From assembly GCA_016930515.1 (NCBI GenBank), contig JAFGGO010000173.1, positions 1 through 56,616 of the forward strand: 56,616 nt of DNA, read 5' to 3'. The DNA is from Promethearchaeota archaeon. Its GTDB lineage: Archaea > Asgardarchaeota > Lokiarchaeia > Sigyniarchaeales > SOKP01. Shown here one piece after another: positions 29,970 to 38,949 of this stretch; the first letter of the stretch is position 1; each line of letters opens with the position of its first letter. The notes beneath the pieces were generated by a model that was not told where the DNA came from, ran no database searches, and saw only the letters and a program-made list of their open reading frames with translations. The position numbers were made by a program, and so were the translations under genes.

Positions 29970-30557
29970 TTATTTTTTCCTTTCCAAGTAAATTTGAATG
30001 AGGCGAATGATGCTACTTGCTAAATAGGATTTTGGACCAAAACTTAAATTTGATAGATTAAAGCGGCATATTTCCTCTGAACTTACGAAATCTCCTGATT
30101 GGTTTCCAATCACGAAAGCTCGCTTTATGGATGGAATAAATTGGAGTTCCCTTAAAAAATCTTTACCTCTCTCTTCTAATATGTAAATGGTATATTTTTT
30201 TTGCATCAATTCATTAATAATATCAATAATTGTTGCGATCTTTATCGGAACATTTCGTAAAGAATCTGGAGAGTTTCGTTGAATTAATTCAACCATCGCT
30301 TTTGCGAGTTTTAACTCGTTCTTAGGAAAAGTTTGATAATCCAACTTGTTTGTATCAAAGATAAACGCTCCATAATTCCCTAAAAATGTCCATATTTGAG
30401 TGTCTTCTATAAAAGAATCGTCACGAATTAATGCCGCTAAAACGCACCTTGCGATGACATCTAATCGTCCCGAAGATCCTGGAAGGTCCTTGATCGTATA
30501 TTTCTCTAAATTAATCGTATCTGATTTGATAATGAATATCGTGCTCAAAGTAACCAA
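29970..30557 (-). CDS. trmY: tRNA (pseudouridine54-N1)-methyltransferase
   Basis: DLPGSSGRLDVIARC, PKNE, SPOUT C-terminus (FVIGN..SFGPKSYLAS). Confidence 0.85.
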   Translation of the reverse strand: MVTLSTIFIIKSDTINLEKYTIKDLPGSSGRLDVIARCVLAALIRDDSFIEDTQIWTFLGNYGAFIFDTNKLDYQTFPKNELKLAKAMVELIQRNSPDSLRNVPIKIATIIDIINELMQKKYTIYILEERGKDFLRELQFIPSIKRAFVIGNQSGDFVSSEEICRFNLSNLSFGPKSYLASSIIRLIQIYLERKK

Positions 30558-30633
30558 CTATTGGACTATGATTTATTTTAAATTAAAGGATTGTATATTA
30601 ATATTAGATAATTTATGTAAAGATAATAATACA

Positions 30634-31401
30634 ATGAATGATTCGTACATTATTGAAGTTAAAAACCTTAAAAAAACTTACGCTGGAAAAAAATACTTTG
30701 AAGATATCAACGCAGTTAACGACATCTCGTTTGATGTAAAGAAAGGAGAACTTTTTGGGCTGTTAGGTCCAAATGGAGCAGGTAAGACTACAACAATTGG
30801 AATGCTCTGTGGACTAATCATTCCAACGAGTGGTGTTGCTAAGGTTGGTGGCTTGAATGTACAGGAAAAATCCTACGATATCAAGAAATTTATAGGTGTC
30901 TGTCCACAAGAAGTGTCTGTATATAAATTTCTTAACGCTCGAGAAAATATTGAGCTCTTTGGTTCTACATACTTGATGGAAAAGAAAGAATTGACCAATA
31001 GAACTAATAAGTTCCTAGAACTTTTTGGACTTTTAAGGGCGAGTGGTCGAAAGGTTAAAGAATTCAGTGGAGGAATGCTACGACAATTAAATCTCATTCT
31101 GGCAATCATTCACGATCCCGATATCTTATTTCTTGACGAGCCCACCGTGGGAATGGATCCACGAGTGCGTAGATCAACTTGGGATGTCATAATATCTTTA
31201 AAAGAGCAAGGTAAAACAATCGTTTTAACAACGCATTATATGGAAGAAGCCGAATCTCTTTGTGATCGGGTGGCGATTGTGGATTATGGAGAACTTATTG
31301 ATTTGGGTACTCCAAGAGAATTAATAGGCAAACACGATAGCAAGAACCTCGAAGAAGTATTCATGAAAATCACGGGTCGAAGGATAGTGGAGGGGATGTA
31401 A
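30634..31401 (+). CDS. ABC-2 (multidrug-type) ATP-binding protein
   Basis: GPNGAGKTT, FSGGM, DEPTVGMDP, TTHYMEEAE; start placed at ATG 30634 to avoid overlap with trmY. Confidence 0.92.
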   Translation: MNDSYIIEVKNLKKTYAGKKYFEDINAVNDISFDVKKGELFGLLGPNGAGKTTTIGMLCGLIIPTSGVAKVGGLNVQEKSYDIKKFIGVCPQEVSVYKFLNARENIELFGSTYLMEKKELTNRTNKFLELFGLLRASGRKVKEFSGGMLRQLNLILAIIHDPDILFLDEPTVGMDPRVRRSTWDVIISLKEQGKTIVLTTHYMEEAESLCDRVAIVDYGELIDLGTPRELIGKHDSKNLEEVFMKITGRRIVEGM

Positions 31402-31405
31402 CACG

Positions 31406-32158
31406 CTGAAACTGAAAAGGATTAAACCATTTGTTATTGTAGAAATAAAAAAGTTTGTTAGAGATCCAGTTTATCTTTTCATGCTCCTTCTATTTCCAAT
31501 AATGTTGGTCATTGCGTTTTACTTGGCGTTCAATCAAACTCCGAGCGGAATTGAAGGAATGTCCCAATTTGATGTCATGGTTCCTGGCTTGTATGCTTTT
31601 GGAACTATATTCATCACCATGCTCGTCGCTCAATCGTTTACAGAAAGTCGAGAAACAGGTCTATTAAAACGAATTTCTCTCACCCCAACCACTTCAGGCG
31701 AATTCGTTTTAAGTCAGGGTTTCGCAAATATATTTATCTCCCTCATTCAAATGGCTATTATCCTAGTGCTTTCTTTAATATTGGGATTTCAAGCTGAAAC
31801 TGGTGTTGATGGATTTATAATGGTGTTTTTCCTCATGGGCTTGCTTTCCATTTGTTCCGTTGGATTTGGTCTCATCACTGCATCAATTTCAAAGAACGCA
31901 GGAACCGCAACGGCATTTGCATTTCTTTTTATCTTACCCCAAATGTTTTTCGGAACTTTCGTGCCATTAAACGACGCCACGAAAGTAATTAGCGTCATAC
32001 TCCCTAGCTATTATGTTACTGACGCAATAACCTTAATTTTTAACGGTACTCCAATGCTAGAATTTCGTATATGGGCGGATTTTGTAATTGTCGCGTTAAT
32101 GGGCGTTGCGATCTTTTTTGTTGGCGTTCAAGTGTTTGAGAAATATGGCCGAAAATAA
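31406..32158 (+). CDS. ABC-2 permease
   Basis: RETGLLKRISLTP and six TM segments. The frame extends to CTG 31406 (LKLKRIKPFVIVEIKKFVRDP) after GGAGGGG. Confidence 0.88.
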   Translation: MKLKRIKPFVIVEIKKFVRDPVYLFMLLLFPIMLVIAFYLAFNQTPSGIEGMSQFDVMVPGLYAFGTIFITMLVAQSFTESRETGLLKRISLTPTTSGEFVLSQGFANIFISLIQMAIILVLSLILGFQAETGVDGFIMVFFLMGLLSICSVGFGLITASISKNAGTATAFAFLFILPQMFFGTFVPLNDATKVISVILPSYYVTDAITLIFNGTPMLEFRIWADFVIVALMGVAIFFVGVQVFEKYGRK

Positions 32159-32248
32159 AGCTCTCCTTTTTACAAAAAAATTTATAGGACCACTTTTTCT
32201 ATTTTTTTAAATTTCAAGTCAAGAAAAAATTGAACGAATTCATATAAA

Positions 32249-32704
32249 ATGCATTTGGTTCTCTCTTATTTTCATAGGATCAAAGGTCCCAACATTTACC
32301 TATCTTTTCCTGAGGTTCAACTGGAGCAGGACATCATCAACAAGCTTATGAAATTCTTTGACCTTGATATAAACGAGACATTTTTTGAAATCGTCCTGAT
32401 CAACCGAAAGCGAAGGATTCTGAACCTATATTTCGAAATACCTTCAGAGTGGGCACGAGGAAAAGTCGAAATGGCCATGCTCTCTCTTATCATGAAGATC
32501 GAGTATGATTCTCGCTTGACCTGGTCGTTCTTAATAGATGCTTCACATAAAATTATTTCCACGCCAAACATCTTCAAGGCCTTCTACAAGCACGATGATT
32601 TCAGGGAAGATGATATCGAAATCGATGTGTATTATGAGGGGATAAAAAATATCTTATTTGATTGCTTGGATGGGCTCATCGACCGTATGGAAAAAAAAGG
32701 CTAA
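32249..32704 (+). CDS. Longin/uDENN-like protein
   Basis: N-terminal LVLSYFHRIKGPNIYLSFP resembles the F-H/D-x3-GP start of NPRL2/C9orf72/FLCN longin domains. Confidence 0.6.
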   Translation: MHLVLSYFHRIKGPNIYLSFPEVQLEQDIINKLMKFFDLDINETFFEIVLINRKRRILNLYFEIPSEWARGKVEMAMLSLIMKIEYDSRLTWSFLIDASHKIISTPNIFKAFYKHDDFREDDIEIDVYYEGIKNILFDCLDGLIDRMEKKG

Positions 32705-32757
32705 TCTTTAATTGCTTGTCGCGATACCTATTTATTGGGAAAGCGATGACGAAATAA

Positions 32758-32817
32758 TTGCATTATCGAGGACTTTTAGGACACTTGGATGATTAAAAGT
32801 GCAAACAAATGCAAACA
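32758..32817 (+). ncRNA. H/ACA guide RNA hairpin 1 (K-loop, ACA box)
   Basis: Stem TTGCATT/AATGCAA, pocket ATCGAGG/GCAAACA, upper stem ACTTTTAG/TTAAAAGT, GA..TGA K-loop, ACA at 32815-32817 14 nt after the upper stem. Confidence 0.85.
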
Positions 32818-32845
32818 TTCGGAGTTCCAATAATCAATACTTCCC

Positions 32846-32927
32846 CTGCAATACATATGGGCTCTTTACCAAGCAACGGTGGGAACCAAAGCGATGAGGT
32901 CAGAGTCAGAATTCCCAATTGCAGATA
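32846..32927 (+). ncRNA. H/ACA-like hairpin 2 (variant K-turn, AUA box)
   Basis: Stem CTGCAAT/ATTGCAG, pocket ACATATG/AGAATTCCCA, upper stem GGCTCT/AGAGTC plus ACC/GGT, AA/gatGA K-turn variant, ATA at 32925-32927. Confidence 0.6.
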
Positions 32928-32958
32928 TGATTATTTCCCAAAAGGCGTGCGAGTTAGC

Positions 32959-33035
32959 GCCTGACACGAGAGAACGTTTTTGATGGTAAGGAATCTCCTT
33001 CGCATGAAAAAATCGTGTTAGTGTCTCAGGCAACA
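32959..33035 (+). ncRNA. H/ACA-like hairpin 3 (K-turn, ACA box)
   Basis: Stem GCCTGA/TCAGGC, pocket CACGAGAGA/GTTAGTGTC, ACGTTTTT-GA..catGA-AAAAATCGT K-turn, ACA at 33033-33035. Confidence 0.62.
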
Positions 33036-33089
33036 GCGCACGCTGATTTCAATCAGAAATTAATAATCATTAATATACATTGATTGTTC

Positions 33090-33566
33090 TTAAAATGTGA
33101 GGTCAGAAGAGAGTAATTCTTTCAATTTATCGCTCGAACTCGTCTTATCGTCCTTTAAATATGCAGTTAAGATTTTTGCGATTTGTGGTGCCCATTTCTT
33201 TAAAAGGGCGCGTATGAACCCTATTTGAACATTTGAATCGGTTGCAATGCATAACACACCACTACCAATCTTTGCCGCAAATATCATTCCATCTTGGTAT
33301 TCAGTAATCTGAACGCGAATGCCTCCATATCCCAGAATTTGCCCTTGTTCTTCTCCTGCAACAAATACTGCCCCTCCAATTGCACCAATCTTTTCAACCG
33401 AGGTATCATTGTCGATAAAATGGAACTTTGATTCGTTAAGTATCGTAATACCCGTCTCGTCGATGATGAGTGCGTGTTTTAAACCAGCCGTGCTATTTAT
33501 AATCGTGTTGAGTATTTTTTTTAAAATTTGTTCGTCTTGAGAATATCTCACTTTCATCACTCGCAC
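33090..33566 (-). CDS. Roadblock/LC7 (MglB/LAMTOR-like) protein
   Basis: ALIIDETGITI, IGAIGGAVF, QITEYQDGMIF, VQIGFIR roadblock pattern. Confidence 0.85.
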   Translation of the reverse strand: MRVMKVRYSQDEQILKKILNTIINSTAGLKHALIIDETGITILNESKFHFIDNDTSVEKIGAIGGAVFVAGEEQGQILGYGGIRVQITEYQDGMIFAAKIGSGVLCIATDSNVQIGFIRALLKKWAPQIAKILTAYLKDDKTSSSDKLKELLSSDLTF

Positions 33567-33719
33567 TTTTCACTTCTTTAGGATCGCATTTGGCGTTTTA
33601 TTGCAGAAGCTTGAAATTACACACATAAATTCTTATACATTAAAAATTAAAAAAATTCGTTCAAATAAATTTAGCCATAATTGATATATGTTATCCCCAA
33701 TAGAGAATACAAATTTCAA

Positions 33720-34148
33720 TTAAAAAAGTGTCTGAAGCGATAAAATCTCATCTAGTTTTTTGTTTTTATATTCTGTTTTGGAAATATTCTTCTTTTTTAA
33801 CAAGAGCAGCAATTTAATTGTTTTTTCCTTGTTGAGATCCATGATTAATTTTATATGGTTCGGATTGAAAACCTTGTTTTTTCTATTCGAAATTGCCATC
33901 AAGGCTAATTCATTTTCCAAAAATTTATTAGGGTCGTTTTTTGGAATTTTTGAAGACAAAATAAAACCGTCTTTATCACAAATCACGCCAGCGTAAAATT
34001 GGTCCGAAAGTTTTTTCGATATGTCATGTAAAAAATAATCAACTTCACTTTCGCTAAGTAATTTAACCACGATTAACACTATTGATATTACGATAGTTTC
34101 TTTTGAATAAAAAAATCGTTTTGAATGATAAACCTGAATGTCATTCAA
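33720..34148 (-). CDS. Putative divergent roadblock-like protein
   Basis: AGVICDKDGFILSS motif; the annotated N-terminal ~30 aa may be non-coding. Confidence 0.55.
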   Translation of the reverse strand: MNDIQVYHSKRFFYSKETIVISIVLIVVKLLSESEVDYFLHDISKKLSDQFYAGVICDKDGFILSSKIPKNDPNKFLENELALMAISNRKNKVFNPNHIKLIMDLNKEKTIKLLLLLKKKNISKTEYKNKKLDEILSLQTLF

Positions 34149-34197
34149 GTAATATTTATATGATTATTAATGAAAAAACAAAATATGGAAAAAGCAA

Positions 34198-35172
34198 TTA
34201 ATCTCTCTTTTTTTTGAGGGATATTGATAAGTTCAAGCTTTCAACAAGTTCGGAAAGGCGATTGCGTACAGTCACTTCCGTGACACCTGCTGCTTGAGCA
34301 ATCTCTTTCTGTGTTCTCCGCTCCCTTATGAGCATTGAGGCGGCATAAATAGCTGCGGCACAAAGACCCACCGGAGCTCTTCCAGATGTTAACCCCCTTC
34401 TTTCAGATTCGTTTATAATTTTTTTTGCTACTTTTTGGCACTCGGGACTTAAACGAAGCTCGGATATGAATCGAGGTAAGAAATCAGAAGCCTTGGTTGG
34501 ATTCAGATTCAAGAGTAGTTCCATTGAAATAAACCTGAAAGACCTGCTGATCTCTTTCTTATCAACTCGAGCAACTTCAGCAATCTCGTTTAAGGTACGA
34601 GGAACTTGAAACCTCCTGCACGCTGCGTACAAGCTTGCTGCGGCAACTCCTTCGATGCTTCTACCTCGAATGAGGTGTCTTTCTACGGCGTCCCTATAGA
34701 TTTTTGCGGCGCTTTCGCGCAAGTTTTTTTGCAAGTCGAGATTGGACGCCATCCTATCGAGTTCGCTCAGGGCGAATGTCAAGTTTCTTTCCGTTGCATC
34801 CGAGACGCGAATCCTACTCTGCCATTTTCGAAGCCGATAAATTTGACCTCGCAATTTTGCCGGGATTTCCTTGCCGAAAATATCCTTGTTTTTCCAATCA
34901 ATCATGGTACTCAGGCCCTTGTCGTGGATCATGTAAGTCATGGGAGCTCCCGTCCGAGTTCTCTTTTTTTTTTGATCGGAATCGAAAGCACGCCATTCTG
35001 GACCTCGATCGATGTGTTTTTCGGAATGAACGAGACCACACTCCTCGCAAACCGTATGTCCCCTATTTTCGTCGAAAAATATATGTTTTCCGCATTCAGA
35101 ACAAGTTTTTCCCTCAACAGGCTGTTCCTTCGTGAACATTTTTAATTCTTTCCAGCTCGAAATGAATTGCAC
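34198..35172 (-). CDS. tfb: Transcription initiation factor IIB
   Basis: Zn ribbon [28 protein letters not shown], two cyclin folds, [10 protein letters not shown]; the start may be ATG 35139. Confidence 0.97.
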   Translation of the reverse strand: MQFISSWKELKMFTKEQPVEGKTCSECGKHIFFDENRGHTVCEECGLVHSEKHIDRGPEWRAFDSDQKKKRTRTGAPMTYMIHDKGLSTMIDWKNKDIFGKEIPAKLRGQIYRLRKWQSRIRVSDATERNLTFALSELDRMASNLDLQKNLRESAAKIYRDAVERHLIRGRSIEGVAAASLYAACRRFQVPRTLNEIAEVARVDKKEISRSFRFISMELLLNLNPTKASDFLPRFISELRLSPECQKVAKKIINESERRGLTSGRAPVGLCAAAIYAASMLIRERRTQKEIAQAAGVTEVTVRNRLSELVESLNLSISLKKKRD

Positions 35173-35193
35173 ACCTTCAGGTTGTTGTAATCG

Positions 35194-35466
35194 TTAAGAT
35201 ATTTTGGCATATACGCTTAGATTGGGGTCAAATTCCAGTGATTTATTCGTGCTAATCGAAATAAACGGAAGATCGACCGGTCCAAAAATGTCTTTAATAC
35301 GACCAATTTCGTCGTAATTCTCATCGTAAATCGGTTTTTTAAAGATTTTTTCGAGGTCGCGATTCCATTTTTTCATTCGAAAAATAAGATGTTTTCTTGA
35401 CTTTCCGAGATAAAACAAGTCTAATTTAATCCAGTTTTTCAAGGCTCGAAGGTATCCCACAATCAT
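35194..35466 (-). CDS. gar1: H/ACA RNP protein Gar1
   Basis: IYDENYDEIGRIKDIFGPVDLPFISI; lies directly upstream of tfb, a common archaeal gene order. Confidence 0.85.
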   Translation of the reverse strand: MIVGYLRALKNWIKLDLFYLGKSRKHLIFRMKKWNRDLEKIFKKPIYDENYDEIGRIKDIFGPVDLPFISISTNKSLEFDPNLSVYAKIS

Positions 35467-35642
35467 TTTTTATATGTTATTTCCTTATAAACCTATATTC
35501 AATTTAAAGGTAATTATTTTCCATGTTTACACGCTTTAAAAGCGTTTTTATGAGCATTATTGCTCTAGAAATCAATGATATTATTGTAGAAAATCATATA
35601 CTCAGGCGAACACATATCCTGTGATTATTTTATAAAGAAAAA

Positions 35643-36746
35643 TTAATGGCAATTTTTTTGCGTTTCGTAGGAAAACGAACATTTACATTGATGATAGTCA
35701 TTAGCAAGCACACTAATATCTTGAGTTGAAACGAATTTTTTTAATAAATCAATCATATTACTGTTGCACTCTCTATTAGTGCAGTTATGAATACCCCTTT
35801 GAGATCCAGCTCCCGAAGGGTCCGACACTATCAATGTTTTTTTCAAATCCTCAGCAGTTAGAGCTTTTTTTAGGCATGAAAAAAGAGAATAAAACCAAGG
35901 AGGGCGATATTTTTTTTGTTTCCACAATTGTTCTAGTAAGGATCCCACTTGTATGTTTACAGGATTTATGGAAATAGTATTAACCCCTAAATCGATGCAG
36001 GTTCTAATCGAATCAACGCAATCGTCAATTGCGCTTTGTTCGGTTAAAAAAGGTGGCTTGAAAAGTAGATATGCCTTTATTCCTATTTTAAATCGTTTAC
36101 ACATCAAGATAATTTGCTTGAAGTCTTCTAAGAGCAAGCCTTTATTAATATATGCGTTTCTCACGTGATCATTAGCAGTTTCCAGGCCAATTGCAATTTC
36201 AACTCGCTTGTCATTTAAACATTCGCGGATTTCCTTAAGTATTTCAGCATTCACGAATTCTACCCTTGATTCTACAACGACTTCTTTAAACTTATCGCTC
36301 TCCGCAATGCGTTTATAGATGTGTTTTCTCACTAGAGGATTGATCTCCAATTCGTCAAAAAAACTACCTGAATTAAATATTTTGATCACATAATCGGACG
36401 AATCTCTTTCTATCTCTTCCGCCTTACTTTCCAAAGCGTAATCAAATTGCTTGATCAAATCGAATTCCGAGAGTTCCATAGTACTCGCGTCTTGAATATA
36501 ACCACACATTGAACACCCTCCGTATTCGCCTAAAGCCCATCTACAACCACTCGTACGCAGAATGATTGTTAACTCCTTTCCTGGGCCATCATGGAGGCGA
36601 TCTTCCCTTATCCAAAAGGAAACGGGTTTGGAAAGTTGTTCTTTTGAATGAACTTTTCTCTTTCGTAAGGCTTTAAGCCGAAAGTTGAGAATTTTTTCTG
36701 TCAGTTGACATTCGTGATTATCGTGCTTTTTCATATATTTTTGCAA
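35643..36746 (-). CDS. Radical SAM enzyme for archaeosine formation (RaSEA)
   Basis: ILRTSGCRW..GCSMCGY, KIFNSGSFFD, VESR, IGLET, AYLLFKPPF, GSQRGIHNC; overlaps arcS. Confidence 0.9.
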   Translation of the reverse strand: MQKYMKKHDNHECQLTEKILNFRLKALRKRKVHSKEQLSKPVSFWIREDRLHDGPGKELTIILRTSGCRWALGEYGGCSMCGYIQDASTMELSEFDLIKQFDYALESKAEEIERDSSDYVIKIFNSGSFFDELEINPLVRKHIYKRIAESDKFKEVVVESRVEFVNAEILKEIRECLNDKRVEIAIGLETANDHVRNAYINKGLLLEDFKQIILMCKRFKIGIKAYLLFKPPFLTEQSAIDDCVDSIRTCIDLGVNTISINPVNIQVGSLLEQLWKQKKYRPPWFYSLFSCLKKALTAEDLKKTLIVSDPSGAGSQRGIHNCTNRECNSNMIDLLKKFVSTQDISVLANDYHQCKCSFSYETQKNCH

Positions 36747-38799
36747 CCCTCCCGTTTTTTGAATTAATTAAATAATTAACGCTTACGAGCGATGTACCGA
36801 CGCCAATAATTTTATCCTTGCTGTTGTTTAAAACTATGATATTTATTTCTGGAGCGATGTTATCGGCGAATTCGATTATTCCTGGTCGAAATAATGTTGT
36901 ACCGGTAACTTTATTTCCATTAAAAACTAGAGCGTTTGGGACATCAGGCATCAATCTTTCAGCACCTTTGAGAGTTAGTAATAATTGACCTGTTTTATGG
37001 TTTAAAGTTCCTATCTTCTCCCTGGTAATGTCATCTATCAGTTCTAATTGAGTGTTGGCTCGATTAATTCTTGTTTTAATACCATTCTTGCATACTTTTT
37101 TTCCAGTACCAGTTCCAAATTGATAATCTATTATTTTAACGAGAGATCGTGTCCAATAATCTGATATTAAGGAAATATTTTTAAATATGTCATCGTTATC
37201 GCTTAGTTCTTTAAATACGCTCGTGACTGTATTTTCAAGGGAAAGTAGGGCCTCTCTTGATGTCGTACCCCCTGTCGTATGAGTAAAGATGATTGGGTTG
37301 TTCACAAGTGCTTGGACTCGCGAAATGATTTCCAAATATTGACCATCTAAATGGCAAATCACTGGAATTGTAGTATTATACTTTTTAATAAGGTTGACGA
37401 GCATTCGAGAGGCAATCTGCAATTCCTCCTCATCCCAATATCCCGTGACCGATATGTCGTAGCAATTGGCGGGATAAATTCTTTCAAGCTGCCTTGGAAT
37501 AGCTCCTAATGGTGAGGTTAGAATAATTTCTTGAATAAAATGAAATTTAGAATATTTTTTTAATACTTTTAAAAAGTGGCGATGCGACTTTGATTCTGAA
37601 TAGGGTTTTTTCGCAGAACAGGGTAATAATACTATAAGTCTTGTATAAGGTTCGGGTTCGAAATAATTTAATACATTTTCCCGAAACTTGACGAAATCGG
37701 GACGTTCGTACGAGCAGGGACCAAGGACTTTCACCTTTCTAACATCTTGTGTAATGGGTGTTTCGTTCCTAAAATCACTATAATATTCCTTATCAATAAT
37801 CTTTAAAGCAGATACTAGATTTAAGTCGTTTAAACAACACTTCTCTACATAAGTACGAAAATCCTCCATTAATAAATATTGTCTGATCTTTTTAATAACT
37901 TCGTCCGCTTTGTGGAGATTATGTAACCCAATGAAAATTGCTTTATCTAATGTGTTTTTTTGATCCATGAGATATTTCAATTTATTACACATCTTACATG
38001 AGCAAGGCAAGTATCGAATTTTATTAAAGGGTACCAAGTGTTCGGTCGTGTCGTAGAAGTAATCCGCTCCTTTGAGCATCGAATAAGAGTCATTTATAAT
38101 GTCAATTCCTAGATATATCAAAAAAGGATAATGTTTTGGAAGGAATTTACCAGATGCCATGATCGCTAAATTTCTATCAAATCTTGACTTTAAACTAAGT
38201 AATACTTTTACAATAGAACGATATTGGACAAGATCGTCAAAAATGTCTGAAAAATTTAGCAGAACAATGTTTTTATTAAAAGTAATAAGTTCGATATATT
38301 CGTCGAATAAATCTTCAAATTCAAATAATCTAATCGTTATACCGAATTTCATGTGGGGGTATTCATTGAGGAAATTTTGAATTATTTTTAATTGATTCCT
38401 AATTTCTTTCAAGGCAAAAGTTCTATTCATGGCTGTGGTGGGATTATTAAACGGAATTATCGCAAGAATATTTTTACTTTCAAATAAATTAAAATTTTCT
38501 TTAAAGATATCTATAAAAACCTTCGTCGTTCCAGGATAATAAAATAAGCAAGAGTTCAAGTTGTTATTTGACCATATAAGTTCAGAACTTATTAGGGATG
38601 GTTCTGAAATAATGATTAACGATTCTTCTCCTAAATCTTGAAAATACTGTTCTTTCGATTCCAATATGGTATTAATTAAGGGAAAAGCAATAATAGGCGT
38701 TTTAAAGCGTTTATTAGCTGAATTGGAAAAACCTACCCGTCCCATTCTTGAGAAACCAATTTTTTCAAGTAAAACTTCAAAAGAAAAAGTCATATCCAC
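36718..38799 (-). CDS. arcS: Archaeosine synthase ArcS (TGT-like, DUF5591 and PUA domains)
   Basis: LPCSCKMC, LHN, LLPCSAKKPYSESKSH, TSPLGAIPR, YDISVTGYW, C-terminal PUA-like region. Confidence 0.88.
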   Translation of the reverse strand: MDMTFSFEVLLEKIGFSRMGRVGFSNSANKRFKTPIIAFPLINTILESKEQYFQDLGEESLIIISEPSLISSELIWSNNNLNSCLFYYPGTTKVFIDIFKENFNLFESKNILAIIPFNNPTTAMNRTFALKEIRNQLKIIQNFLNEYPHMKFGITIRLFEFEDLFDEYIELITFNKNIVLLNFSDIFDDLVQYRSIVKVLLSLKSRFDRNLAIMASGKFLPKHYPFLIYLGIDIINDSYSMLKGADYFYDTTEHLVPFNKIRYLPCSCKMCNKLKYLMDQKNTLDKAIFIGLHNLHKADEVIKKIRQYLLMEDFRTYVEKCCLNDLNLVSALKIIDKEYYSDFRNETPITQDVRKVKVLGPCSYERPDFVKFRENVLNYFEPEPYTRLIVLLPCSAKKPYSESKSHRHFLKVLKKYSKFHFIQEIILTSPLGAIPRQLERIYPANCYDISVTGYWDEEELQIASRMLVNLIKKYNTTIPVICHLDGQYLEIISRVQALVNNPIIFTHTTGGTTSREALLSLENTVTSVFKELSDNDDIFKNISLISDYWTRSLVKIIDYQFGTGTGKKVCKNGIKTRINRANTQLELIDDITREKIGTLNHKTGQLLLTLKGAERLMPDVPNALVFNGNKVTGTTLFRPGIIEFADNIAPEINIIVLNNSKDKIIGVGTSLVSVNYLINSKNGRVAKIYEKAR

Positions 38800-38949
38800 G
38801 AACTATTTACAAATTAATAAGTGAATATAACGATTCAAAAGGTTAAAACTTTGTGTTTGAGAAAATTTATTGGCGTTTGCTTGCTATTCGAACGAATAAA
38901 AGCGTAATAATCTTGATTCTAATTTTTCGTTTTAGAACTTATTCCTATA

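Noticed and set aside
30400-30633. N-terminal extension of the ABC ATPase ORF
   Set aside because: Overlaps trmY on the opposite strand; ABC similarity begins at ATG 30634.
32705-33060. RNase P RNA or SRP RNA as the identity of the GC-richer intergenic region
   Set aside because: No GAGGAAAGUCC/CR-V pairing and no SRP helix-8 motif on either strand; H/ACA geometry explains the region better.
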